This document shows positions 50,550 to 63,463 of a DNA stretch of 64,000 nt, piece by piece. The notes below the pieces were generated by a model, which was not told the DNA's origin, searched no databases, and was given only the letters and a program-made list of their open reading frames with translations. The stretch covers positions 124,764,213 to 124,828,212 of the forward strand of contig NC_083402.1 of assembly GCF_020745735.1 (NCBI RefSeq). Reading direction: 5' to 3'. The stretch comes from Hemiscyllium ocellatum (lineage: Eukaryota). Both the position numbers and the translations under genes were made by a program. Within the stretch, counting starts at the first letter, position 1; the number at the start of each line of letters is the position of its first letter.

Positions 50550-51019
50550 TTCTCCACCTCCTGATGCTGCCTGGCTTGCTGTGTTCTTCCAGCCTCCTGC
50601 TTGTCTATTTAACTTGTGTGGCATGTTCTTGATTCACAACCTTTGGGTGAAGGGAATACATGCTTCCCAATATACAGTCTGCCTGCTTGGAAATCTGCAG
50701 GATTCACAGGGTCCATGCTTTAAATCATTTAATACAAATTAATTAATAGGAAAAGAAACAAAAAATACACTCCCATTATTTTTTGTGACCATCTTGCATT
50801 TTCTTTGTCATCTTTGTATTCCATGGAGTGTTGATCAGTCTCTGGTGTTGAAAGAAATGAAGGTAGAAAGAAAACTTAATATTTCTACAATACCTTCAAC
50901 ATCCTTAGGGCATCACAATGCACCTCATAGACATGTAGTCACTTTTATGATGTAGAAAATCCCACAAGCAGTAATGCAATAATGATCAAATAGTCAGCTT
51001 ATTTGCTTTAGTTTATACA

Positions 51020-52260
51020 CAAGACATAGGCATCACTAACTGGCCAGCATTTATTATTCATCTCCAGTTACCTTGGGGGAATTGGTGGTGAACTGCCTTC
51101 TTGAATCATTGCAGTCCAGGTCATGTGAGTACAATCAAAATGTTGCTAAGGAAGGAGCTCCGGGATTTTCATCCAGAAAGTGAGAAAAGGTGGCTTTGTA
51201 CCAAGTCAGGATGATGTATAGCTGGGAAAGGAATTTGAAGGTGGTGATCTTCCAATGTATCTGCTGCCTTTGTCTTTCTAGATGGTAGAAGTCGCAGGTT
51301 TGAAAGTTGCTGTCAAAGGAGCCTTGGTGAGATAATGTGCATCTTGTGGATAATACATACTGCACCACGATGTGTTGGTGGTGAATGGGATGAGTGCTGC
51401 ATGTGGTGGATGGAGTGTCAGTGATGGTTTGGATGGTGCTGATTTTTTTGAGTGTTCTTTATGCTGCACCCATTTTAGCAAGTTAAAAGTATTTTATCAC
51501 ACTCCTGAATTGTATCTTAGTGGGCAGACTTTGGGGTGACAAGAAATGAATGACTTGTCACAGAATCCTAACCTCTGACCTTCTCTTGTATTTATTTGGT
51601 TGGTTTAGTTCAGTTTATATTAATGGTAACACCCAGGATTCTAACATGATAATGCTATCAAACATCAAGGGATGTTGGTTAGATTTCCTCTTGCTTTAGA
51701 TCATTGTTGCCTGGTACATGATCTATTTCAAAATCTGAGTCAGGAATGGAATTATGCATTGTGCAATCATCAGCAAATATCTTGAGAACTACTTTCTAAT
51801 GGAGGGAAGGGATAAAGCAGCTGAAACTACAACCACCACCCTGAGAAACTCCTGTGGAGATGTCCTGTGGCTAAGATCACCAACAATTATAACAAACCAT
51901 CTTTTTTGCAAGGTACAACTCCAACCAGTTTCATCCAGTTTTCATTGACACTGCTTTTGCTAGGGCTTCCTGATGCCATCAAACTTCATCAAATGCTTTC
52001 TTGAAATCAAGGGCAGTCTCTCTCACCTTATCTCTGGAACTCAGCTCTCTTATCCAGGTTGTATTCAGGTCAGGAACTGAGTGATCCTAGTGAAACCAAA
52101 GCTGAGCATTAGGGAGCAAGTTACTGCTTTGCAATTGCTGCTTGATAACACTGTTGAATACCCTTTCCAGCACTTTGGTGAAGATCGAAGGTCGATGGTA
52201 ATTGGACAATTGAATTTGTTTTGCTTTTTGTGGATAGGACATTCCTGGACAATTTTCGTC
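51020..52260 (-). mobile_element. CR1-group LINE ('family B'), decayed
   Basis: Colinear with 43620-44760. Confidence 0.75.
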
Positions 52261-52699
52261 CTAGCCCAGAATAATGTTCTTCAGGAGCTCAGTAATATCT
52301 TTGAACCTGTTACGAGGAAGACAATACTGTACTTGAATCATGCCCATTGTCAGAGAAAAACACATTCATCTCTTCTCCTAACAGTCACATTTCTTACCGC
52401 AATTGCACTTCCACTCAACTTTCCCCCACCAATGTTAATGATGGTGTCACAAACTTGGAACTTATTACATTCCTGTGACGAACTAGAGGATTTGAGTTAT
52501 AAGGAGAGGCTGGATAGGCTGGGACTATTTTCACTGCCGCATTAGAGGAGTGACCTTATTCAGGTTTATAAAATCAAGAGGTGCATCGATAGTTTGATGG
52601 AATTGAATGGAATATCTCCAAATTTCCAGATGACGCCAAGCTGGGTGGTAGTGTGTGGTGTGAGGGGGATGCTTATAGGTTGCAGAGTGACTTGATCAG

Positions 52700-52924
52700 A
52701 GTCGAGAGTGTGTTGCTGGAAAAGCACAGCAGGTCAGGCAGCATCCGAGGAACAGAAGAATCGTCATTTCAGGCATATGCCCTTCATCAGGAATATGCCT
52801 TAATGAGGCATATGCTCGAAACATCAATTCTCCTGCTCCTCGGATACTGCCTGACCTGCTGTGCTTTTTCAGCAACACACTTTCGATTCTGATCTCTAGC
52901 ATCTGGAGTCCTCATTTTCTCCGC
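52700..52924. mobile_element. Palindromic PLE derivative (family A), 13-bp TSD with 1 mismatch
   Basis: Inverted arms; GTGACTTGATCAG 52687-52699 / GTGACTTGGTCAG 52925-52937. Confidence 0.88.
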
Positions 52925-53163
52925 GTGACTTGGTCAGGCTGGCTGAGTGGCAAATACTTGGCACGTGCAATATGATGTGGATAAATGTGAGGTTTTCCAC
53001 TTCATTTGCAAAAACATGAAGGCAGATTATTACCTGAATTGTGGGAGTTTAGGAAAAGGGGAGTTGCAATGAAACCTTGGTATCATGGTGGAACAGTCAC
53101 TGAAGGTTGGCATGCAGGTGCAGCAAGCTGTGAGGAAAGCTAACGGCATGCTCTCCTTCACAG

Positions 53164-53331
53164 CCATGACGTGAAGGTGTCAGTGATGAACTGGGGTGGA
53201 CAAAGTTAAAAATCACACAACACCAAGCTATAGTCCAACAGGTTTATTTGGAAGCACTAGCTTTCAGAGCGCTCATGAAGGAGCAGCACTCTGAAAACTA
53301 GTGTTTCCAAATAAATCTGTTAGACTATAAA
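53164..53331. mobile_element. Palindromic PLE derivative (family B), 11-bp TSD with 1 mismatch
   Basis: CTCCTTCACAG 53153-53163 / CTCCTTCATAG 53332-53342. Confidence 0.85.
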
Positions 53332-53919
53332 CTCCTTCATAGTGAGAGGAGTAGGGATGTCTTGCTGCAATTATACAGGATCTTGGTGAGTATTGCATGC
53401 AGTTTTGGTCTAGTCTGAGGAAGGATGTTGTTGCTATTGAGGGAGTCCAGTGAAGGTTCACCAGACTGATTCCTGTGATGGCAGGACTGACATATAAAGA
53501 AAGATTGGGTCAACTGGGCTTGTACTCGCTGGAATTTAGAAGAATGGAGGAGGGGCATTTCATAGAATTCTAATGGGACTGGACGGAATGACTGTATGAA
53601 GAGGGTTCCCAATGTTGGGACATCCTGAGCTAGGGGTCTCAGTTAAGAGTAAAGGATACGCCATTCAGGACAGAGATGAGGAAGAATTTCTTTACTCAGA
53701 GAGTTGTGAACTCATGGGAATTCTCTACCACAGAAAGCTATCGGGGCCAGTTCATTAGAAATATTCAGGAGGGAGCTGGACATGCTAAAGGGTTCAAGGG
53801 AGGGAAGCAGGAATGGGATACTGAAATTGCATGATCACTTCTGATCATATTGATGGATGGTGCAAGTTCAAAGGGCTGAATGGCCTACTCCTGCATCTAT
53901 TTCCTATGTTTCTATAAGG

Positions 53920-54255
53920 TGAAAAGCAAAGTCTTTTCCATAGGGTAGGTGAGTTCAAAAACTCAAGGGCATATTTTTAAGGCGAGAGGAGAAAGGCTGA
54001 AAAGGGCCTGGAGGGGTAATGTTTTTATACAGAGGGTGTTTTGTATGTGGAATGAACTGCCAGAGGAGGTCGTAGATACAGGTACAGTTACCATATTTAA
54101 AAGACATGCGGACAGGTACATGAATAGGGAAGGTTTAGAGGGATATAGGCCAAACGCAGGCAAGTGGGACTAGTTTAGTTTGGGAAACTTGATCGGCATG
54201 GACAAGTGGACTGGAGTTTCTATTTCTGTGCTGTATATCTCTGTGACTCTATGAC
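53920..54255 (+). mobile_element. CR1 LINE 3' end
   Basis: ORF 53949-54173 (KTQGHIFK...WNELPEEVV...EGYRPNAGKWD); tgactctatgac tail. Confidence 0.9.
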
Positions 54256-54899
54256 ACTATTAACATCACCCCCACCAGTATTCAAAACAGAAAAACTAGC
54301 TAGTGAGTGATATTTACTCAGAAGCACCTACACGACCTTCGTGATTCTCTTGAACTATTGTGTGTTTACTCATTTCTTTTCTGTCTGAATCTCCCAACTT
54401 GTGATATGACCACCTTTTTAAACACACTATCACATAGTCCCCAGCTTCACACATGCATAACAGTGACTCGAGCTGTCAATGAAGTTCTGAAACCCAAAGC
54501 TCAATGTCTGTCCTTTCAGACCACTTGTGAATAGATTGTATGAGATTTGACAGTTAACAGATGGAACTACATACCAATCAATCAATCTGTTTCCCTGTGA
54601 TGTCATTTTGATTTTCTTTTCCAAGATATGGTCTTCTACAGACACCGGCCCCTCATCTTGCTCCCCAAAACCTTAGTTGCACTCTTCCTTCACTCTTTTC
54701 AGTGTAGTTGCCTGATCTGGGTTCTCCAACAATGCAGCACTTCTTTGGTGAGGGTTAGGTAGCAGTGTGATGTCAATTGGTGCTCATTATTGATAGTTAA
54801 CTGTCTTTTGAATGCAACAGCTCACCTAGTTATTACCTGCACTCCTAACTTAAACTTGCCAAACAATCTAGACGTCAGGAAAACTCAGCAAGGTAATCA

Positions 54900-55760
54900 G
54901 TGTGAGCATGTGGAGGATTCAGCTCATTGCCTTCTCTGATCAACCTCCATATTGGAAACCAGGCATCAACCTATCAAAACATTGTCCATCTGCATTGGCC
55001 ACATGTTGCCCACATTCACAGACATTGGTTTCCGACATGTGCCAGCCTCTAAGAATCTACATTGCACATGCACTTGCACTTGCAGGTCAATTCTGCATTT
55101 GTACACTTCAGTGCTGTATCACTGGCAAATATCGTTTTTATGCTGAAGCAAGGACATGAAGTGCTCAGGGGCACACACCCAACTCATATGCTGGCCCAGA
55201 GTGCACCTCAGGGCTGTTCGCGCACTGACATAATGCTCACTTAGTGTGCTTTCATTTCACCTGGATATCCTCAGCATCACTGTCTGGCCTTGCTTTGCTT
55301 TTATTCAATTTGCCCTCTCAGCCAGAGATGCCATGCTCACTTTGTTGCTGTCTTGCCTTGCTGTTTAGTTCAGATATCTTGTCATAGTTGTCAGGAGACA
55401 GTTGCTCAGGATTCCCAGCACAATAAGTCCAAGATAATCTCTGTTAGCAGTTCAGGCTTTGCTCAATGCAGTCAAAGTCAACATCCTTGTCTCTTAGGGC
55501 TGACAGGTTGAATGGTAGACAGCACACAATCTGACTTTTCTGCCCTATTGGGTCGGCTTTCCTCCTGGAATGAGAGAGAAACAGGTATGTGGAAGATGAA
55601 GGTGGGTGGTTCAGCTTCAGTTGGTGCGGCAGGGGTGGGGGTGAGATGTCACATGTGAGTAAACAGTGCAGAGGGCAAGCAGGGTTAGTGACTTCAGAGC
55701 TTGGGTGAGTGAGAGAGAGTAAGGGAAGATGTTGCAGATAGCAGTGAAGTTTATAGAGCA
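54900..55760 (-). pseudogene. Possible second Harbinger Myb-like gene remnant
   Basis: Minus-strand acceptor ctctctcattccag followed by an EK...NRAEKS-like stretch; overall layout resembles 26950-28020. Weak. Confidence 0.3.
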
Positions 55761-55816
55761 TGAGTCTTCATGCAAGGTTGTTACTGTAACCGTGATAGAA
55801 GGACATTGACATTTTT

Positions 55817-55885
55817 CCTACTGATCCTCCAATAGTGCGGTCCTCCCTCTGCACTGATCCTCCAATAGTGCAGTCCTCCTTCTCT
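55817..55885. repeat. Two units of the 33-bp minisatellite
   Basis: actgatcctccaatagtgc(g/a)gtcctcc, twice. Confidence 0.85.
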
Positions 55886-56439
55886 ACCGTTCCTGCAAAT
55901 GACACAGAGTGCTTTAATCCCAGTTTGCAACCACAAACCAAGATGGCATGGTTTGCTGTCACAGCCTCTTCTATTCATCCTTGGGTGGGGGGGAGGTGGA
56001 GACAAATTCCTGCATTAGCATCACTCCATCCAGTAAGACCTCCATATCACTGCCTACAAAGCAGGATATTAAATTCCCTCTGTCTGCCATGCTCAGGTTA
56101 AATGTCGGCAGTTCCAGACTGATGGTGCTTGTCCAAGTACACAACAGGCTTTTAAGGATAACATGGGCCGTTGGTGAATTGTGGGATATCTGCTGAGTGG
56201 GGTTGCTCTGCAAACAGCATGCAGTGAGCTGATTGGGATATCACAGGGGTGTAATAGGTAATAAATAAGGCAAGTTTGGGAAGGTAGGGCAAGAAATCTC
56301 ACTTGGTCTTGCAACAAGAAACCCTCTAAAACAATTTGATGCAACTTGGACTTAGCCAGAAAATGTAAAATTCAGGCCTGACAATCTGTCAGTGTTATAT
56401 CTTGCTACTTCCATATTGCCCCTCCTGGCTGTGCAAGGG

Positions 56440-57420
56440 TCACTACTGAGGTCACTGTCAGAGGTTCGGTGCATAGGGAGCGCTGCATGGTCAGGCGATC
56501 AGTCCTAATGTCGTGATGCACAGAGGATCAGTACTGAGAGAGGACTGCATTGTCAGAGAGAAGGCACAGAGAAAGTGCTGCATTGTCTGATACACAGTGC
56601 AGCATCACTAACCCTCAGCACTGACCCTCTGACATTGTAGTGCTCCCTCCATACCAAAATTCTGACAGTGTAGCATTCCCTCAGCACTGACTCTTCACTG
56701 TTGCATCAATCCCTCAGTACTGGTTTTCCAATAGAGCAGTTTCCCCTCCATACTGATCTTCCAACAGTGCAGTCCTCCCTCCATGCTGATCCTCCAATAG
56801 TGCAGTCCTCACTCTTGTACTGATCCTCCAACAATAAAGTCCTCCCTCTCTACTGATCCTTCAACAGTGTTGTTCTCCCTCTGTACTGATCCTCGATTAG
56901 TGCAGTCCTCCCTCTGTACTGATCCTCCAACAGTGCAGTCCTCCCTCTGTACTGATCCTCGATTAGTGCAGTCCTCCCTCTGTACTGATCCTTTAATAGT
57001 GCAGTCCTCCTTCTGCACTGATCCTCGATTAGTGCAGTCCTCCCTCTGTACTGATCCTGCAATATTGCAGTCCTCCCTCTGTGCTGATCCTCCAACAGTG
57101 TAGTCTCCCTCCCTCCCAATCCTCCAATAGTGCAGTCCTTACTCTGTACTGATTCTCCAATAGTGAAGTGTTCATTCCGTACTGATCTTCCAGTAGCTCA
57201 GTATTCCCTCAGTACTAACCCACAAATAGTTCAACGATTCCACAGTACTGATCCTCTGACTGAATCTTGACTGTACAGTGTTCCCCATGTCCTGACACTC
57301 CAATAGCTCAGCTCACCCTCATTGACAACTCTCTGAGAATGCAGCACTCCTTCAACACTAGCTGCCCCACAGTGCATCGCTCCCTCAGTACTGACTCTTC
57401 AACATTGTAGTGATTTTTTA
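56440..57420. repeat. 33-bp minisatellite (Deu-SINE-derived); main array about 56595-57420, short opposite-orientation part 56440-56590
   Basis: Unit actgatcctccaacagtgcagtcctccctctgt, the reverse complement of the unit at 12640-12890. Confidence 0.95.
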
Positions 57421-57754
57421 GTAGTAGATTATTTGTTCAACAATGATTTGGCTAAGAGATGAGTGTTTATACTGAGCCACAGCTGAGAGTATATCCCCCA
57501 CACGAATGAAAGAAGTGAAGAGCTGGATATCTGACACAGCTGTTGCCATCTACTGTATATCACAGAAAATGTTCCGAGCAGACAAAAGTAATTGAGAACT
57601 AACTACATATGACCCACTTTGCTGTGCTCACTCCGTGCATGTTTCCCTACATGCCTTGTTCGTAGCAAACCACTCTCACAAAGAAATGATTCAATCCTGA
57701 AATTTTGTCATGACACACAGAAAGTAGCTTTCTTTTCATTCAGTCATTTTTTTG

Positions 57755-58500
57755 TGTGTGTCACTGGGTTATCATTTACTATCCATCCCTAGTTGTCCTG
57801 GAGATGGTCGTGATGATCTGCCTTTCCGAATTGCTTCAGTCGACCTGCTGGAGGTATACCCACAATGCTATTATGGAGTGAAATCTAGGATTTTGATCCA
57901 ACAACACTGAAGGAATGGTGGTCTATTTCCAAGTCAGGAAGGGAAGTTGCAGGTGGTGTTACTCCATGTATCTACTGCCATAGTTCTTCTTTACAGAAAT
58001 GGTTGTGGTTTTGGAAGGTACTGTCAATGGATCTTTGATGAACATCGATAGTAGATCTTGGAGATGGTAAACACCATTTGAGCATCAGTGATAGAGTGAG
58101 TGGATGGTGTCAGCATCTTGACTGTTGTTGGATCTGCACTGCCCAGGCAAGCGAAGGTTATTCCATTGCACTCCAGACTTGAAAATGATGAATAGACTTT
58201 GGGGAGTCAGGACATGAGGTACCAGCTGCAGGATTCCTAACCTTTGAACTGTTCTTGTATGTGTCACTGAGTGGCTATCATTTACTATCCATCCCTAGCT
58301 GTCCTTGAGAAGGTAGTGGTAATCTGCCTTTCCAAATTGTTGCAGCCCATCTGCTGTATTTACATGAATAGTCCAGTTCAGTTTCTGGTCATTGATAATT
58401 CCAGGATATTGATAACAGGATATTCAGTGGTGACAATGCTATTGAGTGTCAAAAGCGATTCTATCTTGTTGGAATATAGTCATTTTGTGGCACTTGTGTC
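57755..58500 (-). mobile_element. CR1-group LINE ('family B') 3' part with internal duplication
   Basis: Colinear with 43620-44350; its terminal segment recurs at 58260-58356. Confidence 0.75.
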
Positions 58501-59029
58501 ATGTGCTGATTGTATATCACAATCCCAATGTCTACACCTCCACCAGAAAGACGTTCTGGACCAGAGGTCCAGGAATAATCATCGTACGTGGCCATCAACT
58601 AATCAGTGATCAATTAATCACCATTTAAAGATCACTTAAAGGCCTATTCCCTGCATGGGCATAATTGTTCCAGCTCTATGTACTGTAAATAACCAAAAGC
58701 CAACTGACCAGTGTATCCAGGCTAGTAGTTGAGGTGGGATCTCTCATGTAGGTGCTCATTTGTTCATGATGAAGGGACTGGAAATAGTGCTTGAGGTTGA
58801 CCAGTAAAACTTACTTCAGATCCCCCTACAGTCCCTCCCAGTGACCCCCAAGCTTACAAGCCAAGGAGGACTAAAAATGTAATAAGGAGGATGACTAAAA
58901 CAATTAAAAAAAACTAGAGAGGAATATAACATTTGACAATAAAAGCTTCCTTAAATATATAGAAAGGAAGAGAGAGGTCCAACTGAACATAGGCCCCTTA
59001 GAAAATTAAGCTAGGTAGATGGTTATGGG

Positions 59030-59183
59030 TAAGAAAAAATAAAGAACTACAGATGCTGAAAATCAGAAACAAAATCAGAAATTTCAGGTCAAGCTTTTAA
59101 TTTGCGTTATTGGACCCAAAACTCTTCTTTCTCTCCACAGTTGGCTCAAGACCTGCTGGGTTTTTCCAGCAATTTCTAATGTT
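59030..59183. mobile_element. Palindromic PLE derivative (family C), decayed 15-bp TSD
   Basis: GTAGATGGTTATGGG 59015-59029 / GTAGATGATCATGGG 59184-59198. Confidence 0.75.
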
Positions 59184-59506
59184 GTAGATGATCATGGGAA
59201 ACTAGGAGTTAAACACATATTTTGCATCAGTCTTTACTACCAAAGATAGTTCAAACATCCCATTAATACTAAAGAAAATGGGGGAGGAGTTATGTACTGT
59301 CTCCATCATTAAAAAGTAATATTAGACAAATATAAAAGTAATATTGTATGGGGCTCAGGGCAGGAACATCCACTGGCCCTGATGGCTTGCATTGAAAGAC
59401 CATATAAGAATTAGCTATAGAGATAGTGGATGCTTGGATGCTTTGGTTATAATTTTCCAAATGGTTTGGACTCTGAAGAAGTAGCAGCATACTGTAAAAT
59501 TGCCAA

Positions 59507-60446
59507 TAGAGTCATAGAGTCATACAGCACAGAAATAGACCCTTCGGCCCAACTCACCATGTTGACCAGGTTTCCAAAAACAGAACTAGTCCCATTTGCC
59601 TGCACTTCGCCAAATTCTCTCTAAGCCTTTTCTATCTATTTACCCGTCCAAATGTCTTTTAAATGTTCTAATTGTCTAGCCTTTATTAATACCTTTGGCA
59701 ACTTGTTCCATATATTCACTACCCTTTGTGCGAAAATGTTGCCCCTCAGTTCCTTTTTAAATCTTTCTCCTCTCACTTTAAACCTGCACCCTTGAGTTTT
59801 GTACTTCCTTATCCTGGGGAAAACACTTTGGCTATTCACCTTATCTATGCCCTCATGAATTTATAAACCTCTATAAGGTCAACCCTCAGTGTCCTAAGCT
59901 TCAGGGACAAAAGTCCCAGCCTATCCAGCCTTTTTATAACTCAAACTTCCCAGTCTTGGTAACATAATTTTTTGCATCTTTTCCAGTTTAATAACTTCCT
60001 TCTTATAGCAAGGCAACCAGAATTGTACGCAGTATTCCAGATATGGCCTTACCTATGTCTTGTAGAGCTGTAATATTATGCCTCAACTCCTATGTTCAAA
60101 ACTCGAAGTGATGAAGGCAAGCATGCCAAATGTCTTCTTCACCACAATGTCTACCTGTGACGCCACTTTCAAGGAAGTATGTACCTGCACTCTTCAGTGT
60201 CTTTGTTGACAACACTCCCCAGGGCCCTACTATTAACTGTTTAAGTCCTGCCCTGGTTTGTCTTATCGAAACGCATTGCCTTTCATTTATCAAAATTAAA
60301 ATCCATCTGCTACTCCTCAGCCCATCGTCCTAATTGATCAAGATCTCTTTGTAATCTCAGACAGCCTTCTTCACTGTCCACTACACCATCGATTTTGGTG
60401 ACATCCATAAACTTACTAACCATTCCCCCTGTATTCTCATCAAAAT
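59507..60446 (-). mobile_element. CR1 LINE 3' ~0.9 kb nested in the plus-strand CR1
   Basis: Starts agagtcatagagtcatacagc (3' tail, minus strand); ORF 59636-59839; CCAAT on both sides. Confidence 0.9.
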
Positions 60447-62736
60447 CCAATGTGGCACGCTTATTCAAAAAGGTAGGGAGACAAAAAGCAGGTAAGTATA
60501 GGCCAATTAGCCGAACATCTTTTGTTAGAAATATATTGGAATTGGTTATTAAGGAAGTAATAGCAGCACATTTAGAAAGTCATGATTAGATCAAGCAGAA
60601 GCAGGATGGCTTCACAAAAGGAAAACCCGGTCTGACTAGTCCTTTAGAGTTTTTTGGGGAAGTCTCAACCAGAGTGAAGAGAGAGGAAGTAGTTGGTGTG
60701 TTGTTTTTGGACTTCCAGGAAGCATTTGATACAGTACCTCACAAAAAGTTAAGTCATAAAATAAGAGCTTATGGTGTTTGGGGGGCACTCTATTGACATG
60801 GATAGAGAATTGGCTAATGACAGGAGAGAGCAAATACGGATAAGAGGTTCTTTTTCATGTTGGTGACCTGTGACCATTGGGGTGCTGGGACTATAACTGT
60901 TTACAATATGCATTAATGACTTGGAGGAAGGAAATGAATGCTGTGGCAAGTTTGCAGATAACAAAAGAAAATGTCAAAAGGCAAGTTGTGAAAGGGATAC
61001 AAACACTTCACAGAGAGATATTGATAGGTAAATAGTTGGGCAAAGAGTTGGCAAATAGGATATAATGTGAGAAAATGTGAAGTTGTTCATTTTAGAAGAG
61101 AGAACAAAAAAGAAAGTCATTTAAATGGAGAAAGAACTGCAGAAAATTACAATACACAGGGACTTGGGAATACATGTACATGCACACAGATGCTGCAGGT
61201 AATTAGGAAGGCTATTGGAATGTTGACTCTTATTTCAAGGGGCTTGGGGTATATAAAAGTATGGAAATCTTATTGCAGCTGTATAAGGTGCTGGTGAGAC
61301 CACATCTGGAGTACTTTGAGCAGTTTTGTTTCCACTCTTTAAGGAAAAATATCATTTCATTGAAGGCAGTTCAGAGAGGTTCACTAGTTCACTAGTAACT
61401 CTGGTATGGAGGGATTGTTTTATGAGCAAAGGGTAAGCAGGTTGGGACTCTACTAGTTATAGTATAGAAGAATAGAAGATGATCTCATTGAAATATATGG
61501 GATTCTGAAGGCGCTTGATAGGATTAATGCTGAAAGAATGTTGCCTCTCATGGGAGAGCCTAAGATCAATGGGCAATTATTTTAGAATGAAGGAGTGTCA
61601 ATTTAAGATTGAGATGAGGTGAAATTTCTTCTCTCAGAGGGTTGAGAGGCTTCAGAATTCTTTGCACAGAGAGGAGTGAGATGGATAAAATCTCATTCAG
61701 TTGGGGAATCAAGGAGGAAAGGAAAGAAAGAGAATATGAGGAATGTCAAATCAGCTGTGACCCTATTGAATGGCAGAGCAGGCTCAAGAGACCGAACAGC
61801 CTATTCCTGCTCCTATTTCTTATGGTCTTAGGGTGTTATTAAACCTCCACTCTAATCTTCATTTATCTAACATCTTGGTCCTTGTGATTTTGGTTCTCCT
61901 TCCAATGACCATGGCCTTACTTGTGGCCTCAGATTGGCTGTCAGCTCTTGCTGAATGAGACAACAACCTTCAGGAGGGGAAGACCCATTCCTGACTTCTA
62001 ATGTGCCTGTTGGAAGAAGGTGTTGCTGTTCATGCTTTGAAGAGTCAGTGGCAGTGACTTGTTACCTTTTTAGCAAGCAATCAAGATGCCTGGGGAAAAC
62101 AAAAGATTCCAACTTGTACGTGTTTGTTTCTTTATCCGTGTCTGTGTGTGGCACTATGTGTAACATGTGGAAGCTTGCATGTATATGTGTCCATATGTGT
62201 ATACACACAGAAAAATATGCCGGAGAGGACACAATAGATTTTGGATTTCATCCAGCCAGTAATTTGCCAGCTTATCCTCCTGGAACCATTTCCAACTTGA
62301 ATGAGCATCTTTAAGAAAGAAGAGATAAGAGAGGAGAACAAAAGATCAAGATCATTGTACCACAGCAGCTTAACCCAGCTTCCTTAGTCTTTAGGAAGAA
62401 ACACAAGTGACTGCTTTAAGATGGACAAAATCCCTAGTACTATTGATTATTTCACATATGGAGATTCAAATAGAATCTGCCCCTAAACCCAAAATTGATT
62501 TTGTTTACCACCAGGCATTGTGGTACATACAGTGGAGACACACTATAACAATTCACTAATGCTATTCTAATGATATATTCAAGAATCATGAACTTTAATA
62601 ACATCAATGGAATTTATTTCACACATCACCTTAGTGTGAGCACAGTTCCTTGTTGCTGAGTCAGAATGGAATTCCATGTTGAATTCTATTGTGGAAGTAC
62701 TATAACTACCATGTCTTAGAAAAGTCCAAACACAAA

Positions 62737-62940
62737 TGATTTGGAGATGCCGGTGTTGGAGTGGGGTGTACAAAGTTAAAAATCCCTCAACACCAGGTAA
62801 TAGTCCAACAGGTTTATTTGGAAGCACTAGTCTTCGGAGCGTTGCTCCTTACAACCACCTGATGAAGGAGCAACACTCAGAAAGCTAGTGCTTCCAAGTA
62901 AACCTGTTGGACTATAACCTGGTGCTGTGTGATTTTTAAC
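62737..62940. mobile_element. Palindromic PLE derivative (family B), 12-bp TSD with 1 mismatch; hammerhead motif at 62856-62890
   Basis: TCCAAACACAAA 62725-62736 / TCCAAACAGAAA 62941-62952; CAC-CTGATGA-AGGAG-CAACA-CTCA-GAAA-GCTA-GTG. Confidence 0.88.
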
Positions 62941-63463
62941 TCCAAACAGAAAGGTCATCACCACCTTTGGAAGAAAACAGTTGGCTCTAAATGTAGTCTT
63001 GCCAAATTCATCCACGACTTGAAAACAAAAACAAATTGTGTGGGTATAAATAGATTCCTTCATAAAAAATACTGAATAACCAATGAAAGTATTGAAAAAC
63101 TTGAACCATTTCAATGAGGTAAATAAAGAGAAACTGTTTCAATGGCAACAAGATTGGTAACCAGAGGGCACTGTTTGTAGATAATGGGGAAAAGAAACAG
63201 ATGTAACATGGTCCTTGTGATTTTGGTTCTCCTTCCAATGACCACAGTGAATACTTCTGACACAGTGAATTGGTATGATCTAGAATGCACTGTCTGAAAG
63301 AGTAATGGAAGCATATTCAACAATAAAATTAAAAAAGGAATGAGAAAAGTACTTGCAAAATGCCCACACAGGTATGATGAGCTGAATGGCCTTCTTATGT
63401 ACTGTCGAAAGTGTGTGGTGCTGGAAAAGCACAGCAGGTTATGCAGCATCCAAGGAACAGGAG

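Larger units (their letters stand above)
52600..53915 (+). mobile_element. CR1 LINE (RT to 3' end) carrying two PLE palindromes
   Basis: ISKFPDDAKLGG...LQSDL[insert]...AVRKANGML[insert]...EYCMQFWS; ctatgtttctat tail. Confidence 0.88.
58870..61830 (+). mobile_element. Old CR1 ORF2, about 1.9 kb net, with nested PLE and CR1 insertions
   Basis: NVARLFKKVGRQKAGKYRPIS, LDFQEAFDTVPH, KFADN, VRPHLEY, EDDLIEIY motifs; 3' tail tcctgctcctatttcttatggtctt. Confidence 0.88.

Noticed and set aside
56809-57119. Repetitive ORFs and a CRISPR-like periodic appearance
   Set aside because: Head-to-tail 33-bp units with no unique spacers and no cas genes, in a eukaryotic context; the ORFs arise because 33 is a multiple of 3.
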